This document shows, piece by piece, positions 27,023 through 37,308 of a stretch of 64,000 nucleotides of DNA (within the stretch, counting starts at the first letter, position 1; every line of letters starts with the position of its first letter). The translations under genes and the position numbers were made by a program. The DNA comes from Gammaproteobacteria bacterium (GTDB lineage Bacteria; Pseudomonadota; Gammaproteobacteria; Poriferisulfidales; GCA-002705445): positions 129,366 through 193,365 of the forward strand of contig JABGXU010000007.1 of the NCBI GenBank assembly GCA_018675635.1, given 5' to 3'. Under the pieces are notes generated by a model. The model was not told the origin of the DNA. It was given only the letters and a program-made list of their open reading frames with translations, and made no database searches.

Positions 27023-29149
27023 TTAACCCGGGAATTTTTTGTTTATTGTGATGCCAAAAAAGACATTTTGCTTTGGTGCCGGTTCAAAATATCGATTTCC
27101 GTAAGCATTAATTCTTATATTGCTATTATATTTTTCATTAAAGATATTGTTAACGCCAAGATAAAACCCAATATCCAAATCATTGCGAATGAAATTTTTT
27201 CCTAAACGAAGATTTGAAACTGTATACGAATTCACTTTGTTTTGATTACCATTATCAGCATAAAATTCGTCTGTAAACGTTGTGTCTAAGTTAGCGTATG
27301 ATCCAGAGTCATTAGACCAGGACAAGTTAAAATTGAGTAGATTTTTTGGTATTCCAGGTATACGTTTTCCATCATATATTACATCACTAGTATCTTTGAA
27401 ATGATTAAACTTAAAATCTGAGTAGGTATAGGTTGTCGAAAATTCAAACTGGTCATAGAATCGTCTAATATTTGTAAGTTCTAAGCCATACCGATCAGAT
27501 GAGCCTGCGTTTGTATAAAAAGTTCGACCAGGTTGTTCTGAGTCCTCAAAAGGTGTCAGCTCATCCTCAACATTAATTTTAAAGATGGACGCTTCGAAAC
27601 TGTATTTATTACTAAGTGTCTTAACCCCTATTTCGTAGTTAGTTGATTTTTGTGGTTTAACAGCTTGATTGAAACCACCTCCGGAAGGATTGGCAAACTC
27701 AGTTGTTGTTGGTGTTTCAAATGCTTTAGATACAGTCGCATAAATATTTGTATTACCACTTGCTTTTAAACTAATAGCAATCATTGGACTGAACTTATTT
27801 AGATTTATTTTGCCTGAATCATCACCATCAGCTAAAAATTTATCTGTTACATCAAATACGACATCATCATGTCGAATACCTAGAGTAATCTCTGTTATAT
27901 CATTTAGTTTAGTTTCATTCTGAAAGTATGTACCTAATGAAGTTATCAATTCATTTTGTTGAAGTGTCTGAGCCCCTTTTATTCCTAATAAATTATTATA
28001 ACGACTTCGATTGTCATCTTGGCGATCATAATCTATCCCTAAAAGAAGTCGATTCTGGTATTTACCAAGATTACCTTCTTCTATATATTTGAGGCCTCCA
28101 CCATAAAAACTACGGTCTAAATTAACGATGCCGCCATTTTGAAATGGTAGCTTATTACTGAAGTCTCGATCGGTATTATAAGTCCTTACTTCTACATTTC
28201 TACTTTTGTCCAATTGGGTTTTATATACTAACCCGAACCGAGTTTGTTTTACTTTCTCACCTGCTTGATAATTTAAGTTTTGAGTCCGTGCTTGTCTAGG
28301 GTTAGTTGCAACATCTTCTGCTGTAATTCCACCGGGGTCATTTGCTAATGGCTGATCAGTATGATGTACGGTTGAAACAATACTTGATGAGTCTGAGAGG
28401 GAATATTCAAAACGCCCATTGAATTGTTTATTTTCGAATTCACTGTTATCTCTATAACCATCAACTGAAGTATTTGAGATGTTTAGCAAATAGTTTAGAT
28501 TTCCAGTCTCGCCGCCAATTTTAAACTGTTGTTTATTTAAGTTAAAATCACCGTATGTGTTACGAAGTTCAATAAAAGGTAATTCTGGGCCTCGTTCAGT
28601 TTCTATGAGTATGGCTCCACCAGAAGCATTTCCATAAAGTGAAGATGAAGGCCCGCGAATCACATTGATTTTATAAATCGAACCAATATCAACTCCATCA
28701 ATAGATCCTTGGCCATCAGGTAGAGTTTCAGGTATGCCATCAACTATAATCTTGATACCACGAATACCAAAACTGGAGCGTGCTCCAAAACCTCGAATAG
28801 ACACTCGAAGATCTTGCGCATAATTATACCTGTTAAGAAAGAAAGCACCTGGTACCTGACTCATAGATTCATCTAACCCAAGTTGTTCTGTTCCGAGCTG
28901 GATTTTTTCCTGCCCAATATGACTAACTGAAGCAGGTATATCTATAATATTTTTTTCTACTCGGGTAGCATTAACCTTCGTAGGGTTTATTAATATTACC
29001 AACGGATCTGCAGGAGATGATTGAACAACAAAACAAAAAGCAATAGCTGTGACCCACTGAATTTTTATATTTAATATTCGTGAAATAATTGAATTTATCT
29101 TAATTAAGAATGATTCTATTTTTAAAATTTTATTTTTCTGTTTTGTCAC
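27023..29149 (-). CDS. TonB-dependent receptor, YncD/PqqU-like
   Basis: Plug NYAQDLRVSIRGFGARSSFGIRGI..VDGIPETLPDGQG, RGPSSSLYGNASGG, FETPTTTE, RYFEPAP; start uncertain. Confidence 0.85.
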   Translation of the reverse strand: MTKQKNKILKIESFLIKINSIISRILNIKIQWVTAIAFCFVVQSSPADPLVILINPTKVNATRVEKNIIDIPASVSHIGQEKIQLGTEQLGLDESMSQVPGAFFLNRYNYAQDLRVSIRGFGARSSFGIRGIKIIVDGIPETLPDGQGSIDGVDIGSIYKINVIRGPSSSLYGNASGGAILIETERGPELPFIELRNTYGDFNLNKQQFKIGGETGNLNYLLNISNTSVDGYRDNSEFENKQFNGRFEYSLSDSSSIVSTVHHTDQPLANDPGGITAEDVATNPRQARTQNLNYQAGEKVKQTRFGLVYKTQLDKSRNVEVRTYNTDRDFSNKLPFQNGGIVNLDRSFYGGGLKYIEEGNLGKYQNRLLLGIDYDRQDDNRSRYNNLLGIKGAQTLQQNELITSLGTYFQNETKLNDITEITLGIRHDDVVFDVTDKFLADGDDSGKINLNKFSPMIAISLKASGNTNIYATVSKAFETPTTTEFANPSGGGFNQAVKPQKSTNYEIGVKTLSNKYSFEASIFKINVEDELTPFEDSEQPGRTFYTNAGSSDRYGLELTNIRRFYDQFEFSTTYTYSDFKFNHFKDTSDVIYDGKRIPGIPKNLLNFNLSWSNDSGSYANLDTTFTDEFYADNGNQNKVNSYTVSNLRLGKNFIRNDLDIGFYLGVNNIFNEKYNSNIRINAYGNRYFEPAPKQNVFFGITINKKFPG

Positions 29150-29226
29150 TTAATTCATCAATTTTTTTAAGGCCGCATTTAATTCTTTTATGATATTGCC
29201 TCAAATATAATTTCAGTACAACAATA

Positions 29227-29303
29227 TGGTGCCCTGAGCAGGGGTCGAACCTGCAACCTTCCCCTTAGGAGGGGGACGCGCTATCCAGTTGTGCCATCAG
29301 GGC
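29227..29303 (-). tRNA. tRNA-Arg(CCT)
   Basis: GCCCTGA/TCAGGGC acceptor, TCCCC-CTCCTAA-GGGGA anticodon arm, GGTTCGACCCC, encoded CCA. Confidence 0.96.
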
Positions 29304-29320
29304 GACACAAATATATTCAA

Positions 29321-29371
29321 TGGTACCTCTAAGTACTTAAAACGTTACCCCTTGCGAGAATTAGATTTTGA
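29321..29371 (-). pseudogene. Decayed copy of the 3' ~54 nt of tRNA-Leu(CAA) (att-like scar)
   Basis: Manual alignment with 31598-31651: about 43 of 54 columns identical, including the CCA end and anticodon loop. Confidence 0.8.
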
Positions 29372-29450
29372 GTTCTCTTAGTGAGTTTAAAACCCTTGAT
29401 GCCACTAATTTTTAGAATATCAAATATTGGCTTTTGTGTCTTGTCTGTAG

Positions 29451-31586
29451 ATGTTTAGTATAAATTCAACTAATATCTTTATTATGAAAGTCAAAATTCT
29501 CATAATCTGTTTACTCCCATTTTCTTCGCAAGTATTTGCTGTAGTGGAAAACCTAAATTCTGCATTAGAATTATTACCAATTTATTTAGGAATTATCGGC
29601 TTGGTAACTGCATTTTTTATATATAGATTTATACTTAGTTTTTCTGCTGGTGAAGGCAAAATTGTAGAAATTGCAGACGAAATACATCTTGGCGCTATGG
29701 CGTTTATTAAAAAAGAATACTCAATATTATTTATTTTTTTGTTAATATTAGCAGCTGGTGTATATATAGGCTTAGGCCCACAAAGTACACTAGCATTTAC
29801 TATTGGCGCATTATGTTCTTCTGCCGCAGGTTTTATAGGTATGTACACTTCTACGAAAGCTAATGTTAGGACAACTAACTCAGCTAATAAATTTGGAATA
29901 TCTGAGAGTTTAACTATTGCTTTCTTTGGTGGTTCAATTATGGGTTTAACAGTTGCGGCAATGGGGTTATTAGGTCTTGGTTTTTTATATTATTTATTTG
30001 GTGGCGATCCTAAGACTGCTTCAGTAATACATGGATTTGGTATGGGAGCTTCTGTTGTAGCTTTATTCTCGAGAGTAGGTGGTGGCATCTTTACAAAGTG
30101 TGCAGACGTAGGTGCAGATTTAGTTGGTAAAGTTGAAGCTGGTATTCCGGAAGATGATCCAAGAAATCCAGGAGTTATAGCTGATAATGTTGGAGACAAT
30201 GTAGGTGATGTTGCAGGAATGGGTTCAGATATTTTTGAATCATATTGCGGATCAATTATAGCCTCTATAGCAATTGCATCAACTCTAAGTATGACTTTGA
30301 TAAATGAAATGGGGCCAAGAGAATCTTTAATGTTTTTGCCATTAGCTTTAGCATCTGTAGGACTATTGTGTTCTATAACAGGTATATTTATTGTTAAAAT
30401 TCTTGCTAAAACAACATCAACAGATAAAATTAGTGGGGCTCTTAGAGGTGGAACTTTTTCTTCTGCTGTTATATTTGTTATTTTCTCTTATTTTACAATA
30501 GAATTATTAGGCCTAAACACAAACATTTGGTTTGCTGTATTAGCTGGAACTGTAGGTGGCGTGATTATAGGTTTAATAACTGAATATTATACTGGCGGCT
30601 CTCCTGTTAGAAAGATTGCTGGACAAGGTGAAACAGGGCCAGCGACAGTTATAACTACTGGCTTGGCTATTGGCTTAGAATCTGTAGTAATTCCTATACT
30701 ATCAATTGTTGTAATTATCTTTATTGCAAATGCATATGCAGATCTATATGGCGTAGGTATAGCTGCTGTTGGAATGTTAGCAACAGTTGGTATAACAATG
30801 GCTATAGATGCTTATGGACCTATTGCTGATAATGCTGGGGGTATAGCGGAAATGGCTGGCCTAGGTGAAGATACAAGAAAAATAACTGATAGTCTTGATG
30901 AGGTTGGCAATACAACTGCAGCAATTGGCAAAGGGTTTGCAATTGGAGCAGCAGCACTAGCTGCCCTGGCTATTATTACCGCATTTGTTCAAGAAGTTAA
31001 TCATAGTCATATTGAGCAAGGTAGACCAGAAATACAATTACTGTTAACAGATACTAAAGTGTTAATAGGTTTGTTTATAGGTGGCATGATTCCATTCTTA
31101 GTTGCTTCACTAACTATAACTGCAGTAGGTGATGCTGCTTTTGAAATGATAAATGAGATAAGAAGACAGTTTCGTGAAATCCCTGGATTACTTGAAGGCA
31201 CAGGAAAGCCAGATAATAGCAGATGCATAGAAATTGCCACTACTGCTGCTTTAAAAAAAATGGTTCTCCCAGGAGCAATTGCAGTATTCGCACCTGTAAT
31301 TATTGGATTAAGTTTTGGACCAGAAATGCTTGGTGGCCTTCTTGGTGGCGGCCTATTAAGTTGTGTATTATTAGCGCTAACTATGTCTAATGCAGGTGGG
31401 GCTTGGGATAATGCTAAAAAATATGTAGAACAAGGTAATCTCGGTGGTAAAGGCTCAGACACTCATAAAGCTACAGTAGTTGGTGATACAGTTGGCGATC
31501 CACTTAAAGATACCTCAGGGCCATCAATGAATATTTTAATTAATGTTATGGCTATTGTTAGTTTCGTTATCGCACCACTATTGTAG
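29451..31586 (+). CDS. hppA: Membrane-integral pyrophosphatase, K+-dependent, predicted Na+-translocating
   Basis: [43 protein letters not shown]; start may be 29484. Confidence 0.95.
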   Translation: MFSINSTNIFIMKVKILIICLLPFSSQVFAVVENLNSALELLPIYLGIIGLVTAFFIYRFILSFSAGEGKIVEIADEIHLGAMAFIKKEYSILFIFLLILAAGVYIGLGPQSTLAFTIGALCSSAAGFIGMYTSTKANVRTTNSANKFGISESLTIAFFGGSIMGLTVAAMGLLGLGFLYYLFGGDPKTASVIHGFGMGASVVALFSRVGGGIFTKCADVGADLVGKVEAGIPEDDPRNPGVIADNVGDNVGDVAGMGSDIFESYCGSIIASIAIASTLSMTLINEMGPRESLMFLPLALASVGLLCSITGIFIVKILAKTTSTDKISGALRGGTFSSAVIFVIFSYFTIELLGLNTNIWFAVLAGTVGGVIIGLITEYYTGGSPVRKIAGQGETGPATVITTGLAIGLESVVIPILSIVVIIFIANAYADLYGVGIAAVGMLATVGITMAIDAYGPIADNAGGIAEMAGLGEDTRKITDSLDEVGNTTAAIGKGFAIGAAALAALAIITAFVQEVNHSHIEQGRPEIQLLLTDTKVLIGLFIGGMIPFLVASLTITAVGDAAFEMINEIRRQFREIPGLLEGTGKPDNSRCIEIATTAALKKMVLPGAIAVFAPVIIGLSFGPEMLGGLLGGGLLSCVLLALTMSNAGGAWDNAKKYVEQGNLGGKGSDTHKATVVGDTVGDPLKDTSGPSMNILINVMAIVSFVIAPLL

Positions 31587-31597
31587 TTATTTGTTTA

Positions 31598-31684
31598 TGG
31601 TACCGCTGAACGGACTTGAACCGTTACTCCCTTACGGGAACGAGATTTTGAATCTCGCGTGTCTACCAATTCCACCACAGCGGC
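31598..31684 (-). tRNA. tRNA-Leu(CAA)
   Basis: GCCGCTG/CAGCGGT acceptor, CGAGA-TTCAAAA-TCTCG anticodon arm, long variable arm, encoded CCA. Confidence 0.96.
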
Positions 31685-31707
31685 ACATAAAAATTATTAT
31701 TATTATT

Positions 31708-32031
31708 TTAGATGGGTATGAAAGTTCCAAAAATGCCTAACATTCTAATATCTTTTGTTTCTGCACCAAAATCTCTAAATATTGACATATCAAGAAAATA
31801 AGTGGAAACAAAAATAAAGTTTGTTCTATCTACTGATTTTCCAATTTCAATAGCTATACTTTTGGCGAACAAGCTTGCAATACCAGTAGATAAATTACTT
31901 GTTTCCTTTGTTTCACTATCCTTTAACATTTCATTTTTGATATGAGATGATATAAAGGAACTAAATTCTGATGTGTTAGGGTTTGAAAAACCCATTATAA
32001 TTAGGACTATTGTTATAATTAAATATCGCAT
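31708..32031 (-). CDS. Hypothetical membrane-anchored protein (DUF4359-like)
   Basis: N-terminal TM + SNP, RTNFIFVSTY, GIFGTFI pattern. Confidence 0.55.
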   Translation of the reverse strand: MRYLIITIVLIIMGFSNPNTSEFSSFISSHIKNEMLKDSETKETSNLSTGIASLFAKSIAIEIGKSVDRTNFIFVSTYFLDMSIFRDFGAETKDIRMLGIFGTFIPI

Positions 32032-32098
32032 AAGCTATACATATCAATACTTTTGAAGTAGAATAACGTTTTTTTAACAGCAAGTAAAAATATAAATT

Positions 32099-32335
32099 AT
32101 GGTAAAAATAAGACTATCAAGAGGAGGGGCAAAGAAGAAGCCTTTCTATCACGTCGTAGTAACTGACTCCAGAAAACGAATAGGCAGCGGATATATTGAA
32201 AGACTAGGCTTTTTTAATCCAATGGCTGTTGGCCAAGAAATTAAATTACGTTTAAATGATGAAAGGATTGATTATTGGTTATCTGTGGGCGCACAGACTT
32301 CAGATAGGGTTTCAAAACTTCTCAAACAAACTTAG
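32099..32335 (+). CDS. rpsP: 30S ribosomal protein S16
   Basis: [17 protein letters not shown]; operon context. Confidence 0.98.
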   Translation: MVKIRLSRGGAKKKPFYHVVVTDSRKRIGSGYIERLGFFNPMAVGQEIKLRLNDERIDYWLSVGAQTSDRVSKLLKQT

Positions 32336-32341
32336 TAAAAA

Positions 32342-32836
32342 TTGGAAAAAATTCTTATTGCAAAGATTCAAGCTAACCAAGGATTAAATGGTTGGCTTAA
32401 AATATATTCATATTCCGAAAATAAAGAAAAATTTTCATCCTATACACATTTTTTTGTTCTCCATAATAAAAATTATGATCAATTAGATATAGAAAATATC
32501 ATAATCGATAAGTCCATAAAGATTAAATTTCATTCAATTAATTCAAGAGAAGAAGCCGAGAGATTTATTGGTAAGAATTTGTATGTAGAAAATGATCAAT
32601 TAGAAAAATTAAATGATAATGAATATTACTGGAAGGATTTAATTGGTTTAGATGTATATTTAGAGGAAGGTAAAAAAATAGGAGTAATAAGTGATATAAT
32701 TGAAACTGGCTCAAATGATGTTTTGGTTATTCAAGGGGAGAAAGAATTATTGATTCCCTATATTTATGGAGAATCAATTAAAAATATTTTTTTAAATGAT
32801 AATAGAGTTGTAATAGATAAAATATATTATGAGTAA
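32342..32836 (+). CDS. rimM: Ribosome maturation factor RimM
   Basis: GLNGWLKI, EYYWKDLIG, TGSNDVLV, LLIPY; TTG start. Confidence 0.95.
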   Translation: MEKILIAKIQANQGLNGWLKIYSYSENKEKFSSYTHFFVLHNKNYDQLDIENIIIDKSIKIKFHSINSREEAERFIGKNLYVENDQLEKLNDNEYYWKDLIGLDVYLEEGKKIGVISDIIETGSNDVLVIQGEKELLIPYIYGESIKNIFLNDNRVVIDKIYYE

Positions 32837-33527
32837 TAATGTTAGAAATATTTATGTAATAACTATATTTCCTGAATTAATTAATAATTTCACTAGCTTT
32901 GGCATTGTTCAAAAAGGCCAAGATAAATCTTTGATTAAAATTAAGACAATTAATTTAAGGGATTATTCTGATAATAATGGATATGTTGATGATAAGCCGT
33001 ACGGTGGTGGCCCTGGAATGGTATTTCAAGCGCAACCATTAATTAATGCAACTAGATATGTAAAATCAAAATTAGAAAAATGTAAATGCATTTACTTGTC
33101 ACCTCAAGGACAGAAAATCAATCAAGAAATTATAAAACAAACTGCTGAAAATGATGATTTAATTATTATTGCTGGTCGTTATGAAGGAGTAGATCAAAGA
33201 TTTATAGATTTAGAAGTTGATGAGGAATGGTCAGTAGGAGATTATGTTTTAAGTGGCGGTGAAATAGCTGCTTGTGTAATAATTGATGCAGTTGCAAGAA
33301 TGGTCCCAGGCGTTTTAGGTCATTCTGATTCTAATAAAGAAGAATCATTTGAGAATGGTTTTTTAGAATATCCGCATTATACGAGACCAGAAATTGTTGA
33401 AAATTTAAGTGTGCCAAAAGTTCTTTTAAGTGGTGATCACCAAAAAATTAAAGAATGGCGTATGAAGCAAGCTATATTGGTAACAAGTAATAAAAGGAGT
33501 GATTTAATTAAAAAAAAGCTTTCATAA
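32829..33527 (+). CDS. trmD: tRNA (guanine-N1)-methyltransferase
   Basis: DDKPYGGGPGM, GRYEGVDQR, SVGDYVLSGGE, YPHYTRP. Confidence 0.98.
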   Translation: MSNNVRNIYVITIFPELINNFTSFGIVQKGQDKSLIKIKTINLRDYSDNNGYVDDKPYGGGPGMVFQAQPLINATRYVKSKLEKCKCIYLSPQGQKINQEIIKQTAENDDLIIIAGRYEGVDQRFIDLEVDEEWSVGDYVLSGGEIAACVIIDAVARMVPGVLGHSDSNKEESFENGFLEYPHYTRPEIVENLSVPKVLLSGDHQKIKEWRMKQAILVTSNKRSDLIKKKLS

Positions 33528-33566
33528 AAGCCCAACAGAAGATATCATCTGTTTTCTAAATAGAGA

Positions 33567-33923
33567 ATGACTATGAATATAATTGATGAGATAAATAAAG
33601 AGTATTTGAAAGATATTCCTGAGTTTTCGCCAGGTGATGATATTATCGTTCAGGTAAGAGTTAAAGAAGGGGAAAGAGAAAGATTACAGGCTTTTGAAGG
33701 AGTTGTAATTGCAGTTAAAAACCGTGGAATAAATTCAGCGTTCACAGTTAGAAAAATATCTCATGGCGAAGGCGTCGAAAGAGTATTTCAAACTCATAGC
33801 CCACTAATTGCAAGTATAGAATTAAAAAGAAGAGGTAAAGTTAGACGATCAAAACTATATTATTTGAGAGAACTTTCAGGAAAAGCAGCTAGAATCAAAG
33901 AAAAGCTTGCGTCAAAAAAATAA
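33567..33923 (+). CDS. rplS: 50S ribosomal protein L19
   Basis: [26 protein letters not shown]. Confidence 0.98.
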   Translation: MTMNIIDEINKEYLKDIPEFSPGDDIIVQVRVKEGERERLQAFEGVVIAVKNRGINSAFTVRKISHGEGVERVFQTHSPLIASIELKRRGKVRRSKLYYLRELSGKAARIKEKLASKK

Positions 33924-33929
33924 TTTCTA

Positions 33930-34403
33930 ATGTTACAAAATTATGAAGCAGTGTTTATTAGCTCTATTGGGGCAATAGGCATCAATACTCATGAAGAAAA
34001 AGTTAAAGAGTTAAGATTTGATATAAGTTCACAAAAAATAAAGCCAAGTAATTATTTTTTAAAAGAAGTTTATCAGCAATTAGATTTTTATTTTAAAAAA
34101 AAACTAAAAAAATTCGATTTACCATTTATTTTATCTGGAACAGAATACCAAAAAAAAGTTTTAAAAAAAGTTTGTTCTATTGATTATGGAAAAACAGCTA
34201 CGTATTCTGATATTGCCGAAAAACTAAAAACTCACCCAAGACCAGTCGGCAATGTATGTAGGAAAAATTCAATACAATTACTGATTCCGTGTCATAGAAT
34301 TATTGGAAAAAATAATATTGGTGGATTTTCAGGAGAAGATATAGCAACAAATGGTGATATGATTTTTATTAAAAAAAGTCTTTTATCTTTTGAAAAAATA
34401 TAA
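33930..34403 (+). CDS. ogt: Methylated-DNA--protein-cysteine methyltransferase
   Basis: YGKTATY, PRPVG, IPCHRII active site. Confidence 0.9.
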   Translation: MLQNYEAVFISSIGAIGINTHEEKVKELRFDISSQKIKPSNYFLKEVYQQLDFYFKKKLKKFDLPFILSGTEYQKKVLKKVCSIDYGKTATYSDIAEKLKTHPRPVGNVCRKNSIQLLIPCHRIIGKNNIGGFSGEDIATNGDMIFIKKSLLSFEKI

Positions 34404-34406
34404 TTT

Positions 34407-35321
34407 CTATATTTTTTTCACTGTGTTTGGTAAAAATTGTGAAATAGTTTCTGATAATTCTAGAAGTAAATTTTTTTTGTAATAGTTTTTTCTATATACT
34501 AATCTTATTCTTCTGTACGCTTTTTTATGATTTAGTTTTCTTACTTGTATGCCTTTGTCAGTTGTCCACGCTGATTGTAATGCTAATGCTGGAACAAAAG
34601 TGAATCCTTCTCCTACTGAAACTAAATTAACAAGAGTTTCTAAACTAGATGCTTTTGTATCATATTCATAAAAGACATTGTTTTTATCATACGCTTCCCA
34701 TATTTCCATTATTTGGTCTCTTAAACAATGACCATCTGAAAGCAATAACATCTCAGATAGGTTTAAATCTCCTGTCTTAATTTCATCAAGCTTATCAAGT
34801 TCATTATTCTTTGTGTATGCAACCCAGAAGGGTTCATCAAACAATTTAATTTCTTCAAATTTATTTTTATCAATATCTGTTGCTAGCAGAACAGCGTCAA
34901 GCTCTCTACTTTCTAGTTTGTTTGTTATATTTTCGGTAATGTCTTCATCTATATATATTTTGCAATTATTATTATTTTTTCTAAGATTTAGTAAAAAATT
35001 TGGAATTAAATAAGGGCCTAAAGATGGGATAACTCCAATTTTAATAGGTTGATGCCATGGATTTTTATAATCAGATGATAAGTTTTTTATTTCATCTGCT
35101 TTATTTATTATTATTTTTGCTTTGTCTATAATTTCTTTTCCAAAAGTTGTTACAGTTATTTTTTTTGTAGTTCTCTCAAAAATCTGTGCGCCAAGATATC
35201 CTTCAAGTTTTTTAATTTGTCCGCTTAAGGTTGGTTGTGACACATGACATTCAATAGATGCTTTACTAAAGCTTTTATTTTTCCCAACTGCTATCAAATA
35301 CTCCAAATCTCGTATATTCAT
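34407..35321 (-). CDS. oxyR: OxyR-like LysR regulator (single redox Cys)
   Basis: MNIRDLEYL, CHVSQPTLSGQIKKLE, DGHCLRDQ, SLETL. Confidence 0.85.
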   Translation of the reverse strand: MNIRDLEYLIAVGKNKSFSKASIECHVSQPTLSGQIKKLEGYLGAQIFERTTKKITVTTFGKEIIDKAKIIINKADEIKNLSSDYKNPWHQPIKIGVIPSLGPYLIPNFLLNLRKNNNNCKIYIDEDITENITNKLESRELDAVLLATDIDKNKFEEIKLFDEPFWVAYTKNNELDKLDEIKTGDLNLSEMLLLSDGHCLRDQIMEIWEAYDKNNVFYEYDTKASSLETLVNLVSVGEGFTFVPALALQSAWTTDKGIQVRKLNHKKAYRRIRLVYRKNYYKKNLLLELSETISQFLPNTVKKI

Positions 35322-35354
35322 ATATTTGTATAACAGTTTATATTATTTATATTA

Positions 35355-35391
35355 ATAGGTTTCATCTATATATAATATAGTTTATAACACA
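35355..35391. promoter_or_regulatory. OxyR operator
   Basis: ATAG-N7-CTAT-N7-ATAG-N7-(caca): three of four consensus tetranucleotides perfect and correctly spaced. Confidence 0.78.
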
Positions 35392-35452
35392 TTGAATCAA
35401 CAATATTAAAGCGGATAATAATATTGTAGTTTAAAAAATTAGGAGAGATATT

Positions 35453-35869
35453 ATGGATTTAAAAGGTTCAAAAACTGAAAAAAACTTACAAGACGCTTTT
35501 GCTGGAGAATCTCAGGCAAATAGAAGGTATTTGTATTTTGCACAAAAGGCTGACGTAGAAGGTTTTAATGATGTTGCTGCAGTCTTTAGATCTACAGCTG
35601 AAGGAGAAACAGGTCATGCTCATGGGCACTTAGAGTATTTAGAGGATTGTGGAGATCCCGCAACTGGCCAACCATTTGGTGATACAGTCGCTAATTTAAA
35701 AACAGCTATAGCTGGAGAAACTCACGAATATACAGATATGTATCCAGGAATGGCAAAATTAGCTAGAGACGAAGGCTTTGATGAAATTGCTGATTGGTTT
35801 GAGACATTAGCAAAAGCTGAAAGATCACATGCGAATCGTTTTCAAAAAGCGTTAGATGAAGTAGCTTAA
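35453..35869 (+). CDS. rbr: Rubrerythrin (short form without rubredoxin domain)
   Basis: AFAGESQANRRY, EGETGHA, GETHEYTDMYP, KAERSHA di-iron motifs. Confidence 0.94.
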   Translation: MDLKGSKTEKNLQDAFAGESQANRRYLYFAQKADVEGFNDVAAVFRSTAEGETGHAHGHLEYLEDCGDPATGQPFGDTVANLKTAIAGETHEYTDMYPGMAKLARDEGFDEIADWFETLAKAERSHANRFQKALDEVA

Positions 35870-35935
35870 ACAATAATTTTTTGAGGAAGCATGGAAGCTT
35901 CTCCAAAATTTTTGCATCATACCGGAGTAAAGTAA

Positions 35936-37291
35936 ATGTCTGTGAAGATTACAGAAGGTGGTTTGTCGGCCCCAACAAGGCATAAAATTGCCTGGAAAGA
36001 AAAAACATTTTTAGATAAGAAGTTAGTAGATAATGAACTTAGTCGTGTTTTTGAAGTTTGTCATGGATGTAGAAGATGCGTAGGTTTATGCGAAGCATTT
36101 CCAACACTATTTAACTTAATAGATAAATCAGAGAATTTTGACTTAGAATCAGTAGACAAAAAAGATTACTCGAAAGTTGTAGACGAGTGTTATTTATGTG
36201 ATCTTTGTTACCAAACTAAATGTCCATATGTTCCTCCACATGAATGGGCGATAGATTTTCCACATTTAATGCTAAGAGCAAAAGCAGAAAAATTTGAAAA
36301 GCAAAGAATAAAAAAGACAATTAGATTTAGAAATTATATTTTAAGTTCAACAGATATAATATTTAAAAGTTGTTCAAAGCCAATAATAGCAAATACAATA
36401 AACTTTGTATTAAAGCTTAATTTGATAAGAATAATCTTAGAAAAATTTATTAGAATTCATAGAAATGCAGACTTACCCAAAATGAATCCAATTAATTTGA
36501 AAAAAAGATTTAAAAATTTAACAAATAAAACAAAAAGCATTACCAAAACTTCTAAGACTAAAGGAAAAGTTAAGCTTTTTGCTTCATGTTATTGTTCAAA
36601 TAGCGAACCAGGTTTAGCAGAGGATCTAATAAAAGTTTTTATGCATAACAATATACAAATGGAAATTTTTGAACAAGAGAATTGCTGCGGAATGCCAAAG
36701 CTTGAGTTAGGTGATTTAAAATCAGTTGAAAAACTTAAAGAAAAAAATATACCTATGATGGTTAAGGCCGTAAAAAATGGTTATGATTTAGTATCACCAG
36801 TTCCATCATGTGTTTTAATGTTTAAACAGGAATTGCCGCTATTATTTCCATACGATAAGGATGTTATTTTAATCCAAAAAAATATGTTTGATCCTTTTGA
36901 GTATTTAAGTTTACGAGATGAAGAGGGGCTGTTTAATTCAAATTTTAAATATTCTTCTGGAAAGATAGCATATCAAACCGCATGTCATCAAAGAGTACAA
37001 AATTTTGGCCCTAAAACAAAATCAATACTTTCTAAAATACCTAAGTCAGATATCACAATGATAGAAAGGTGTTCTGGCCATGATGGAACATATGCAATAA
37101 AATCTGAATCATTTGAAAAATCTTTAAAAATTAGAAAGCCTGTAGTTACTAAAATTAAAAAAGACGATTATAAAATTTTTACTAGTGATTGTCCTATGGC
37201 AGCAAAACATATTGGTAATGCATTAAATAAAGATAACGTTGAAGTGAAATTGCATCCAATATCCATACTTAAAACTGCTTACGGAATTTAA
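35936..37291 (+). CDS. Rubrerythrin-associated Fe-S oxidoreductase (GlpC/CCG family)
   Basis: CHGCRRCVGLC, CYLCDLC..KCPYVPPH, CCGMP, RCSGHDG, SDCP. Confidence 0.9.
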   Translation: MSVKITEGGLSAPTRHKIAWKEKTFLDKKLVDNELSRVFEVCHGCRRCVGLCEAFPTLFNLIDKSENFDLESVDKKDYSKVVDECYLCDLCYQTKCPYVPPHEWAIDFPHLMLRAKAEKFEKQRIKKTIRFRNYILSSTDIIFKSCSKPIIANTINFVLKLNLIRIILEKFIRIHRNADLPKMNPINLKKRFKNLTNKTKSITKTSKTKGKVKLFASCYCSNSEPGLAEDLIKVFMHNNIQMEIFEQENCCGMPKLELGDLKSVEKLKEKNIPMMVKAVKNGYDLVSPVPSCVLMFKQELPLLFPYDKDVILIQKNMFDPFEYLSLRDEEGLFNSNFKYSSGKIAYQTACHQRVQNFGPKTKSILSKIPKSDITMIERCSGHDGTYAIKSESFEKSLKIRKPVVTKIKKDDYKIFTSDCPMAAKHIGNALNKDNVEVKLHPISILKTAYGI

Positions 37292-37308
37292 TTAATAAGA
37301 GGAACATC

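Noticed and set aside
23072..29226. att-type repeat of the tRNA-Arg 3' end bounding the adjacent accessory genes
   Set aside because: No convincing copy found by eye in the intergenic regions.
31543..31740. 65-aa ORF
   Set aside because: Antisense read-through of tRNA-Leu.
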